A stretch of 64,000 nucleotides of DNA. Origin: Lama guanicoe (Eukaryota). The position numbers were made by a program, and so were the translations under genes. The notes beneath the pieces are model-generated. The model had not been told where the DNA came from. It worked only from the letters and a program-made list of their open reading frames with translations, and did no database searches. Below are positions 38,301 to 50,300 of this stretch, one piece after another (the first letter of the stretch is position 1; each line of letters opens with the position of its first letter). The stretch is taken from contig MU054925.1 in assembly GCA_013239625.1 (NCBI GenBank), forward strand, positions 248,001 to 312,000. The letters run 5' to 3'.

Positions 38301-41300
38301 CTTAGGCTGATGGGCAAAGTGCGTCACTCACCTGTGGGCCTGGGGGCCCCCGAAGTCCACTGATGCCCTGCAGATGGGGAGGAAGAAATCAGAGCAGGCG
38401 TTCCCAGGCCCACACGTCCCCAACAGGACCAGCCACACTCACCCTCTCCCCAGAGGCTCCAGGGGGGCCGGGGTCACCCTTGGGTCCTCGAGGACCCTCC
38501 TGTCCACGGTCCCCAGGCTCTCCCTGTGGCAGAGACAAGTGTGTTGCGGGAACAGCACCGGGGCCACAGGCATGCCCGAGGTAGAACCTGTCGTGGGGGC
38601 ACTGAGATGCTTTTCCTAGGCTCACAACTTCACTCCACCCCCAGAACCTGATACCTTCTCTCCGGCTCCAAGTCCCGTGTCCACCTGTGGGGGGAATGGC
38701 GAGTGAGAAGAATTATTTAACTAGGGGAAGTGGGCTAGGGACGGGAGATAGAGCTGCAAGATCAATGAAGATACCAGGGGGCAGAGGGAGAGGTCGGAGG
38801 GAGACAGTGGAAGGGATAAGGGGACACTGTGCAAAGCCAGCACAGGCAGGTGAGGGAGATGACAGAGGATTAGATCCACTCAACCCTTACCAGCCGTCCA
38901 GGGGGTCCTGGGGGACCCTGGGGAAGGAAATAATCATAGTCAACAGGAGCTCAAAGGCCCCAGGACACAGCTCAGGTTTGCCCCAGTCTCAACTCTGCTC
39001 CCAGATTCCCTGAAGCACCACAATGCCAACCCCAGAAGGCAGGTCAGGCCTGGAGGTGGCCACCGCGGCTCCCTACCATGACCTCCAGGCCCTTTATGGA
39101 AGTGCTGACCAGACGGGCACTGGAAATCTTCCATCCCTACCAAGCCCGGAACACAGAACTACTCACCGACTCCCCACGGTCGCCCTTGGGTCCAGGTAGT
39201 CCAGGACTCCCCTGCAGAAAGTCAGAGGGTCAGGGTCCCAAAGAAGAAGCAACAACAGTTTGGGGAGCTTTGGACTCACCCTAAGGACTCATGGGGATCC
39301 TGGTGGCCTTTGGGGGTTGTGACAAAGGGGTCACAGGAAATGAAAACTGTGAGGGTTTAGCATTGCAGGGCTTGGGTGGCAGGTTCAGGGGCTGGGAATC
39401 AGATGGTTGGGGATTGAAGCTGAGGTTGGGGTCAGAGGTCAGGACTTACATTTCGTCCATCCTCTCCAGGATCTCCCTGGTCTCCCTTCTCACCCACAGG
39501 CCCCCGAGCTCCAGGTGCCCCCTGAAAAGAGCAGCTCTTCTGAGACAGACCTTCTCAGCATTTTGTAGATTCCCCCATGACACCCCATACTGCCCCAGGT
39601 TCTCCATCACCCTGAAACCCATGCCAGAGTTTCCCATCACCACAACCTCCCTCCAGACTCTCCCATTAGCCTTTCTCCCCTCAGAGTTTCCCATCACTTC
39701 CCTTACTTCTCCCTGCCAAGCCTCACCCGAAGGCCACGCTCGCCAGCTTTTCCAGGCAAACCTGGGTCACCCTGGTGATGGAGAGAACGCCACATTGAGC
39801 AAGCAAGTTAGTCTCAAGCTAACTCAGGGAGTGGCGGCAGAGAAGGTCCTGGGCATTAACTGGACAAGAGGCAGGAGGATGGACTGGACAACCTGGTGGA
39901 GCCCCCAGCCCACTGGGATCACAGTTCAAGGTTTAAAGGATCAGAAACCACAGCAGGAAGGAGTCTCACCGGGGGACCCTCGTCACCTTTCTCTCCAACT
40001 TCACCCTGTGAGACATGAGAGTCAGCCCTGGTCCTCAAACCCTGAATGATGTCAGCAATACCCTACTCCCCATCCCCCAGAGCTCCCCCAGTCCAGTCCT
40101 CTTACATCTCGTCCTCGGGGGCCGACAGGACCTGAGGAACCAGGCCGCCCAGGGTCTCCCTTCTCTCCAGGAGGCCCCGAGTCACCCTGTGGAGGAGGCA
40201 AGAGTGAAGCTGCACATCCAGCCAGCCCTTGAGGGGAGATGACCCCAGAAATCGTGATATTACCCAAGATCACAGGTACTCACTGGGGGTCCTGCTCTGC
40301 CAGTGAGGCCGATGGGACCCTGCAGTGCATGGGGAGGGAGGACAGGGCTTAGTCTCAGACACCACCTCATCTCCTTCTGTCACACTCCCTTTCCCCACTG
40401 TTACTCACCCGGTCTCCAGGGTCTCCCTTGGGGCCAGGGTCTCCAGGAAGAACCAAGCCAGGTGGGCCCTGTGGTAGGAGGGGTCAGAGGTCAGGAGACA
40501 CAACCTTCACCTGCCCTACCCCCTAAACACTTCCCTGCACTCACCCGCTCTCCTTTGACTCCAGTAGCTCCTTTGGGCCCAGCCGGCCCCACATCTCCCT
40601 AGAGGTGACAAAGACCATCAGTGTCAGCCCCAGGCTCTGTGACCCCCACCAGCCAGCAATCATGCCATAACCCTCATGACCTCCAGGGGCCTCCAGGTAG
40701 GCCCCACGACCTTGAGCTCAACCTATAACAGCCTCCCTTCACTCTCGCCAGACTTGCCTTCTCTCCTTTGGCTCCAGCACCTATCGGTCCCTGAAAACAA
40801 ACAGGAGAGACATGGCTTGGTCCCCCCTAGGGATCATAGTACCACAGCCTTGATTAGGGTTGGGGTTATACAGAACTAGAAGTCTCTGCTCAGAGGTCAC
40901 AGGATCACCGCTGGGAGGAGGGCAGGGATTACAAAGGGCTTACGACCTGTACGGTGGTCATGGGGTCACAGGATTGCAGCCAGGAGTTGGAAGACGTGTT
41001 ATAGCATAAGGAGAGCCACAGAGCTCTGAGTCTGTCCAGGTCCCGAGGTTATCGAGTCACAGCCTGGATCACTGGTTTCTAGACAAGTCAAGGCTCAAGG
41101 GGCTGTGCTATACTCAGAGCCCCACCCTCCCTTCACTCACCACTGCAGGGTCTCCAGGGCGACCAGGCTCCCCCTGTGGAGAAAGGATAGCGGGGAGGGG
41201 AGGGGTGGTCACGGACACACCTAGAAACCCAAGGTCCTAGTACCCCATCTGCCACAAACCCTGGCACTGGAGGGGACAGACCCCCAGCCCATCCATGACC

Positions 41301-44300
41301 CACCTTCTCTCCTCGGTGGCCAGTGGGTCCTGGTGGCCCCTGCACATGGAGAAAGCGTGAGCCCAGGAGGGGAGGGACACATGAAAGCCCCACTCCTGGT
41401 CCCACCACAGTTACACACTCACTTCAGGACCCTCAGCTCCAGGACGTCCAGCAACTCCCGGTGGTCCCTGGGAAAGAGGAGCAGAAATGCTGATCCAGGT
41501 GGGCAGGGGCAGGGGCATTATGGCTGAAGGGCTAGAGGCTGGGGTGGGGATCACAGAAGATCAGAATTTAGGTTGGCAAGGGTCACACTCAGAGGAGGAG
41601 AGACACCAGATCAGTGGAAGTCAAGGTCGGTTAAGCAGGGTAAGAAAGCTAAAAATGGTTCCCTGGGGTTGAGGGTTAAAGCCTGCATCAGCGAGATTAG
41701 GAGTCATGTGAGATGGGGTGGAGGGGCAGGGGTAGTGGAGGTCAGGGGCGACAAGTCAAAACCAGGAGGGGGCATACAACCCAGGTTAGATGGCACTGGC
41801 ATGGGGGTCAATAGCTCACCTGGGGTCCCACTGGGCCAGGGGATCCGCGTTCGCCCTGTTGGAACACAATGGGTCAGAGCCGAATCTGGGCCCTGACCCT
41901 CTAGGGCCCTGAGAGCCCCCAAGGCTTCACTTACCTTCTCCCCAGTCTCACCCACAGCCCCTTTCAGTCCTTGGTCACCCTGAGGGGAGAGAGATGGGAA
42001 AGGGGCCATGACTGTAGAACCCCAGACAAGGTCTCTCAAACTCCAACCATCCACCTCTGAAACCACAACCTCTGATCTGGAAAGAACCCTTATCTCCTGA
42101 TCCTCCCAACTCTCCTAATCCTATTGGGGTCCCAGTGTGTCACCCCTCATATCTGACCTCTCCCAAAATGACACTTACTTTGGGGCCAGCATCTCCAGGA
42201 AGTCCCCGTAGGCCCTGAAAGGCGTTCAGAGATTTGGGTTTGGGCATAAGGATGGAGTAGAGGACTGATGGCTGAGGGTCAGGGTGGAGCTATGCCCACC
42301 ACACTCAGAACCCCTGGCCCCCATACTCACCCGCTCACCCGGGGTCCCAGGTTGCCCTGGGAGGCCTGGGGCTCCATCCTCACAGTCGCCCTGAAGGAGA
42401 AACAGATGGGTAGGAGACCCTACCCCCAGCACCCAGACCCCCCCCAGAACTAGGGCACCAAGAAGTGAGGTCTCCCACCTTTTCTCCTTTTTCTCCAGAG
42501 GGGCCAACTGGGCCTTGGGGTCCAGGACTTCCAGGAAGACCCTAGGAGAAAGTAAGTAAAACTGTGAGTTTTAAAGTGAGGTCCAGCATCCACCCACTGC
42601 CCCAGCAGAGCCCCCAGCTCCTCTACCCACATCCCTCAGCAGGTCCCCCAGTGTCCCCTGCAGAGCCTCAAGGCTCCCTCACCGGCAGCCCAGGCTCCCC
42701 TAGAGCAGCACCATCACCTGGTCCAGGGGGACCCTGGGAAAGAACAGCAGGTCAGGGGATGGCCAGAGAGAATTCAACTCTAAGCCATCCCAGCATACCT
42801 TGCCCTCACTTACCCTCTCCCCACGATCACCTTTGTCACCCTGAAAGACAGATCATGACCCATGACCCTAGACCACACCTCCAGTCCCCAAGATATCGGG
42901 AGGAATGAGGGTTGTGGGGTCAAATTGGATTACAAAAGTCATAGAAGAATTGAGGGGTTGCGGATGGGGGGTGGTCAAGAGGCAATGTGGGTTCAGAGTG
43001 ACCAGTAGGGGTTGTGTGGGTTCAAACAGGGTCAGGGATCACCAGGTCACTGGATCACATGGAGGTGATGAGACCATGTGGTAGTCATGCTGTCACCTTC
43101 ACTGATGTTCCAGGTAGTCCTGGGGGACCACGGGGTCCTGGGTCCCCCAGTGGGCCACGAGATCCAGGGGGGCCCTGATGGAAGAGACAAAGCATAAAGT
43201 ACAAACCCATAGATCCCTACTCTCGCCCCCCCTAATGGTTCCCCCACCATATGTCACTTGCCTCCACGTAATCTAAAACTTACCGGTGGTCCAGGGTCCC
43301 CTTTCCGCCCAGGGAGCCCTGGTCCCTCGCTTCCAATGACTTGTCCAGGTTCTCCCTGCAGGACAGAAAACAGAGGGCAGGAATTAGGGTATGGGAACCC
43401 TAAGGTGGGAGAAGCCCTCCCCCTAAAAAACAAAAACAAACAAACAAACAAAAAAAAGGTGGGAGGAGCCCTAGAGATCCCTAGCTGTTCCTTATCACGC
43501 CTTAGGCCCTGCACAGTGCCTGGCCTCAGGCAACCCCGCTCTTCCATGGGACATCCCAGCTTGGCTCCCTCCCTCTTCCCTTCACCTACCGGCTCCCCCT
43601 TCGGGCCTCGAGGCCCTCGTTCTCCCTGAGGACGAAACAGAGCAAAGGGTAATAATTGGTCTGTGCATTTTAGGGCAGGCCCCCATGGACCATCCTTGCT
43701 TCATCACCCCAGGTCCCCACCCGGCAGAAAGAACTCTGGGAAGACCCTGGGGGGAGAGCAACTTACAGGTTCTCCACGAGGGCCCGGCCACCCTGGGGAG
43801 CCCTGAAATGGAGACCAGAGTCAGACCAATCAGACCACCCCACCCACTCAGGCAGTGTCCTACCATGTGACCTGCGAGGCCAAGGCTTGCTCACCTTTGG
43901 GCCGGGGGTTCCAGGAGTCCCAGGGCGGCCAGGGCTGCCTGGAGGCCCATCTGCCCCAGGGAAACCCTAAGGAAGCAAAGAGGTCAGGACAGGAAGGGAC
44001 CCTCTGCCCAGTGCCCCTGGTTTGATGGAGGAGCCTCAACTATTCTTCACCTGGACTCCTCACCCCATAGGCCCCTAAGTGTTGTTGAGGGTGGAGCAGT
44101 GAGCTGAATGGAGCCTAACCTCAGACACAAGGGCGGCCATGAGGCCAATGCCATTTCCCACCTCTCGGACTTAGAACTTCCAGCCAGGCTCTCCAGGAGA
44201 TGTTGAAACCCCACCTGCCCCCCTCTACTTCAGACCCTTCCCCAAATCTTTGTTGTGGTTTACAATGTCCATTTAGGCTCCTAGGAAAACCCTGTGGTTC

Positions 44301-47300
44301 TAACTCTGCCTTTTTCTTCTCTCTTCTAAAAATCCCGAGGAACCTTCAAGGAGACTCTAAGGGGAACCTCAACGGTCTCTACACTCACCCTCTCGCCCTT
44401 TGCAATGCTTCTTCCAGGAGGCCCCTGGGGGCCAGGAACACCGATCCTGCCCTGAAAGGAGAGAGCGGGTAAGGAGGCAGTACATCGGTCAGGGTACAGA
44501 GGACAGGTGAGGGGAGGCACTCACCGGCAGGCCGGGGGGTCCGGGAGGCCCAGCTTGTCCTTTCAGGCCCTAGGAAGGGTGATCAGTGAGCCCTGTGCTG
44601 CTGACCTTCCCCTGCCCCACTGAGCCCCACAACCCATTTTCTACCCCCAACCAGGGCCACTCACCATCTCTCCAGGTTCCCCCTTCTGACCCTAGGGAAA
44701 GACATGTTGGACAAGGGTCAGGGCAGCTCATCCCAAAAGGGGCCCTCAGCCACCCACCCAACCCTGCACACTTACCTTTGGACAATGCACCGAGCAAGGC
44801 TCTGGCTGTGGCTGTGGACACAGGGTCTCCTTGAGGCTAGGCAGTTCTACCAAGAGCCTCCCACACCTCCTCTTCTCCATCACCCCCAGAGGCTCCATCA
44901 CCCCCAGAGGCCCCTTCCTAACCTGGGTGGTCAAAGCTGTCTGACACAGGGCTGTTGCCAGACTACTGACTGCTCGGTCCAAGCTTAGACCATCATCCAC
45001 AGCAAAGAAGGTCTGGACAGGGTCCATGCCTGGCACCAGGCGACGCAGCTGCTCTTGGTCAGCTCCCGCCAGGCCCAGCATCATCACTTTGAGCCCTAAG
45101 GAAGGGTCCGACAGCCTGTATGACAACCCTGCTGAGGCCAACCCTATTCCCAGGCCCCATCTCCACCAACCCTGCTCCTCACCAGCAGCCTGGGCCTCAC
45201 GGATAGGGCTAAAGATGTCACCTCTCAAGGGCTCATCCACCAGCAGAACCATCACCCCAGGCACGTGCCGGCGGCGCCCAGGAGCATCTGGTGCCAACAG
45301 GTATCTGTGAGCTGTAACCACAGCTGTGCCTGGGAGAAAGGACATGTCAGAACCCAGGGCCACCAAGCTCCCAGTGGGGAAGCCCCAAGAGTCTATGTCC
45401 ACTGTAGTCTTTACCCAGGTTGTTCCCACTTGGGTCCATGTAGGGGATGTTGCGGATCTTTTGCAGAATGACACCAAGGTCATGGGAGCTATTCAGTGAG
45501 AACAGTGGGGAAGGCCGGTGACTGTAGGACAGGAGGCCAACCTGGTGTAGGGGGAACACAAAGTCTGGGGAGGATGACAGAGCAGGGATGGGGACACAGA
45601 GCCTGGGAGGAGACACAGAGCCCAGGGTACGCGACTAAACCTAAACTGTGAGGGGGTCAGCAGTGATGGTAAGACAGGGAGCCAACCAGCAAGAAAGAAG
45701 ATCTGAGCATGCGGAAGGGCTGGGAGAAAGGCCTGGACCAGTAGGGGGGCAGGGAAATGGGAGCTGGTATGGAGCCTGGGATGGGCAGGGCCAGGTAGGG
45801 GTCTGGCTGCCTGTAGGGCCAAACCTGCACTGCCTGCGGCCCAAGAGGCCCAAGTGCAGACACCAGACGCTCCAGGGCTCCCCTCACAGCCTCTGCACGA
45901 TGAGCATTGTCTCGAGTGGTATGCAGCAGGAAGACCACATCCATCAGGCCTTGGGGACACACTGCAGGAAAGCAGCTTAGTTACTGAAGCAGTCGGCCCA
46001 TTTACCTATCTTCTTAGGCTTCTCCACTGTGCACCCCCATACCTGGGTTGTGTGTGACAGAGGCCTCACGACCCTGTACACCTTCCCGGACAGGTGTCAG
46101 GGAAAAGATGTAGGAGGTTCCAGGCTCTAGCCCTGTCACCCGCTGGGAGTTCAAGACCCCAGGAAGTGTCTGTGAGGCCACAGGCAATTCTACAGAGGAC
46201 AGAACTCAGTTAAACAGGAAACCCTCCATGGAGCCCCAACTGCCAGCCCACCCCAATCCTGGCCTCCCTTTCACCTTGGTCAGGGCCTCTAAGTGGCCGC
46301 CAGGATAGGATGTAGCTGGATACCCCAGACACTGGGGTCCAGGCCAGAGTTACTGAGTCGATTGAGGTGTCCACCACACGCAATTCAGTGCTTGGGACAC
46401 GAGGCGACTCTGAAAGAGGAGTCAAAGATCAGGGATCAGAGTCTGTGTCCTGAGAACCCAGAGGGGAAAGATCTAAGCAGATCTAGAGGCAGATTCATCT
46501 CAGTGAAGGAAGGTCATGCTGGGATCACCCTAGGTCAGGACTGGTAGGAGGGCTATAGGAGGAGTCACTCGGGGTCATGGGGTGCAAGAAATCAGAGTAG
46601 GTCATCAGTAGGGGGAAGAACACACCAGTGTAGGCAGTCACTTCCGAGGGGGGGCCTTCTCCAGCTGGCCCCAAGACACTCAGCCATATGCGGTAGTGGG
46701 TTGCTGGCTCCAGCCTGTCCAGTTCATAGCTGCTGAGCTCGGGCCCCAGGACCCGAGACTGTTCCTGGCCACCTAGGGCAGGTGTGAGGGTGCGGATGGA
46801 GGCACCTGAGAAGATGCTAAGATGGGCATTAATGCACACGCCCACCTCACTGACCTCTACCTACCTTACTAATGATGACCCCACCAGCCTGCCCACTTTC
46901 ACTGACCTTGCCAACCTAGCCCACATCCCCAACCCCATCCCTGGCCCGCCCCCATTGGTCCTTAACTCCCTACTGGGGGTGACTCTTACCCTCAGGTCGC
47001 CAACGCAGACGGAAGCCACGTGCCCCGGGCACCGGCTGCCAGCTCAGCCTCAGCGAGTGCTCCCCTCGCTGCACTACGCGAAGTGTCTCCAGGGCTGGCG
47101 GAGCCACAGGTGCTTGAGAGAAAGTGCACGGATCAGGGAAGCTCCGCCCCCACCAATCCCTGCACCAATCCCAGACCAACCCTGGAACAAGCACTGCCCC
47201 CAGCCGGCTCCTCTGCCTATCCCAGGCTGCATTCCTCTTCCCCTTGAAGACCCCCGTCTCCACAGGCTCACTACCAATCACTGGTCTCTTATCCATTCTG

Positions 47301-50300
47301 GAGCACGAACCCTCCCCCCAAACCATCCAGGTCACCAGTCCAAGGCTCTCCCCAGCCCAAGCTCCACCTACGGGTGGTGACAACAATGGAGACAGGTGCG
47401 CCCTCACGGTCCCCAACAAGTGCAGTCACTCGCACTGAGTAGCTGACTCCGCCTTCGAGGCCCCGAATTTCTGCGGAGTCTGTATTTCCTGGGAGCATCT
47501 GCTCTCTTGTGGGGCCACCTAGCCAAATGAGCATAGGGCAACGGTCAGGGGTAGGGATGGTTGACCAGAGCAGGCAATGCCAGCCAGGAAGGGCAAGGGC
47601 AGGGTCAGGGAATCATACCCTCGCTCCGGCCCCAGGCCAGTCTGTAGGCTGTGGCTCCAGTGACCCCCACCCAGGTGATCCGCAGAACATCACTGGAAGC
47701 ATTGATGATCTGTAGCTTTGACACACTGCCCACAGGCTGAGGGTCTGGAAGCAGAGGCAGGGTAAGAGGTCAGGGACCACTGGATGGCTGGCAGAGAATA
47801 GGGTGGCAGTACAGGCACAGTCAGTGCAAGGAGGTCTGAAGGTCAGTGTGAGGTTAGTCTGGACAGGTTAGTCAGTGTAGGCAACTCCTGAAAGGGAGAA
47901 GTTCAGTGCCTCGGTGTGGTCAGTGTGGAGCAGCCAGTAAGTCACTGTGGGTGGACACCTATTCATTGTTGGGTAGGTCATTGTGGGAAGATTATTCATG
48001 GGAAGAGCTCTGATGAAGTGATGAAGTGGGCTGCAGGAGCAGTCAGGAATACATAGCAGGACAGAGTAGCCAATGAGATGTGGTTGGCAGCAGGCCAGAG
48101 TCCACTCACCAGTCCTCACAACCACAGAGGCAGGGGTCCCATCCACACCAGCCGCATGGGCCCACACACGCACCGTGTACTCCGTATCTGGCTCCAGCCC
48201 ATCCACTTCAGCCAACGTGGCCTCCCCAGAAACCAACTGGGATTTCTCTGGGCCTGGGAGTAAGGATAGAGTCAGCTCTAGGGCTAGCCAGACTCTGCCT
48301 CCCAATGCCCCACCTGGACCCCTAAGAAAGAAATCCCTGCTCCCATTCCACCCAGACCTGCCCCTTACAACCCTCCAAAACTTCTGGTCCCTTCCAAAAC
48401 CCCTGCCCCACCGTGGCCTGACTGCCAGGAGATCCTGTATCCTGTGGCACCAGGAACCCTATTCCAGGTGATGGTGACAGATGAGCTGCTGGCTTGAGTC
48501 ACATGGACTGTCTTCACTGGGCCCAGTGGGTCTGAGGGGGAGAGGCAATGGGGAGTCCAATGGACGAGGCAGTGAGGGTCTGATGGTGGAGGTACTGGGG
48601 ACTATCTAATAGGGGAAGGCAAATGGAGTCTAACAGAAGCCAGGGATTTGATAGGGGAGGCAGTGAATGGGTCAGATGAGGGAAGAAGTAAGGGTTCTGA
48701 CTGAGGAGATAATGGAAATCTGAGGTGGCAGGTGAGAGAAATCTGAGAGACAAGAAGGTCTAACAGAGAAGGTAACAGGCTTCCAATGGAGGTATTAGGA
48801 ATCAGTGAGGGGATCTACCAAAAGAGAAAGTGCGAGTCTGAGAGTCAGGTCCAGCAGAAAAGGCAGTGGGGGTCTGAGAGATGACATAGTGGAAATCCGA
48901 GGGCAAGGAGAGGGGGGTCTTAGGGGAAGCTGAAGAAGGTAGAGGCTTGAGAGGAGGCGAGGAGACAGAAGAGGGAAGCAGGGCCTCCTAGGGAGGAGGT
49001 GGTGAGGATCTAAAGGGGGAGATTGGAGTTCCGAGGAGAAGCAAGGGTTTGAGAGGGAAGGCATGAGGGTCTAGAGGGGCACTGGAGGTTGAAAGCCCTG
49101 ACCAGTTCGAGCCACGATGACCGCAGCAGGGCCCTCCTCTCTCCCTCGCAGTGCTGACACAGCCACCTGGTAGGAGGTTCCAGGCCTCAGCCCCATGATA
49201 TCTGTGGCTGTAGACTCTGGGGGTAATGTCTGGCTGGACTCCAGACCTAGGATCAGAGAGAAATGTTGGCATGGCTCCTGCCTGCTCCCTCGGTCCCCTG
49301 CCCGCACACCCTGCTGGTTCCCCTCAGTAACCTTCCCATACACCCCACACTGACCACTGTCTGTTCTCCAGCTAATCCGAAACCCACTGGCTCCAGGAAC
49401 AGGTCCCCAGGCCACCCTCACTCGTGTTGCATCTGATGCCACAACCCGAAGCCCTGGGATGGCAAGTGGGGTTTCTGGTTCTGGGAGTTAAAGACAGAGG
49501 TCAGGGATCAAAATCAGAGCCAGAGTGAGTCAGACAGCAGTCCCCTACCCTCCTGCAGTGCTCACCTCGGCGGACAGTGAGGACGCTGGCAGCACCTTCA
49601 CGGGTGCCCACTCGAGCCATCACCCGCACCATATAGCTCAGCCCAGCCCGGACGTCATCCAAGTCAAAGGCCGTCTGACTCCCAGGAAGCACCAGGGTCC
49701 GCTCAACCCCTGATGGAGAAGGGAGGGTAGGTGGGCAGGGATCAGTGAGAGACAGGGATGTGGGAGGAGGAGGCCAGTGATAGACAGAGATACAAAGTGA
49801 AAAGAGTCAGTGAGGGATGGGACATGAGATGGAAAGGGTGAGAGAGAAGGACATGGGATAAAAGGAGTCAGTGATGGACAGCGACACAGGCTACCGGGGC
49901 CAGTGATGAATGGGGACACACAACAATAGGGGTCAGTGGACAGGGATACAGATGTAGGATGAGAGAAGTCAGTGGACAGGTCATCAATAGACACTGATGT
50001 GGGGTGCCGGGTCAATAATGGATGAGGACATGGGATGAGAGGTCAGGGCGGACAGTAGTCAGGGCTAGAGTAATAGAAGGGCAGGGATTGACCTTATGAT
50101 TACAGAGAAGGATGAAAGCCATGGAAAGGGATGGCTTTCCATGGAGATAGATTCAGGCAAGGACAGGGCAGGCAGACAGTGTGACAGGTCTGGACTCAGC
50201 GCCATCTTGGCAGGCAAATGGACAAGGAGACAGGAGGAGGCTGCAGAGACCCAGGAGTGAAAAGAGGTGGGTTGAGGGTGCAGTCAGTCCCTGAGGGCCA

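Noticed and set aside
39291-40049. 252-aa plus-strand ORF and many other Pro/Gly-rich ORFs antisense to COL7A1
   Set aside because: They are antisense shadows of GC-rich collagen exons and short introns, with no splice structure or homology evident.
47745-47780. Alternative COL7A1 exon 18 acceptor 27 nt upstream (recalled from human)
   Set aside because: There is no AG at the corresponding position here, and my recollection of the human site is unverified.
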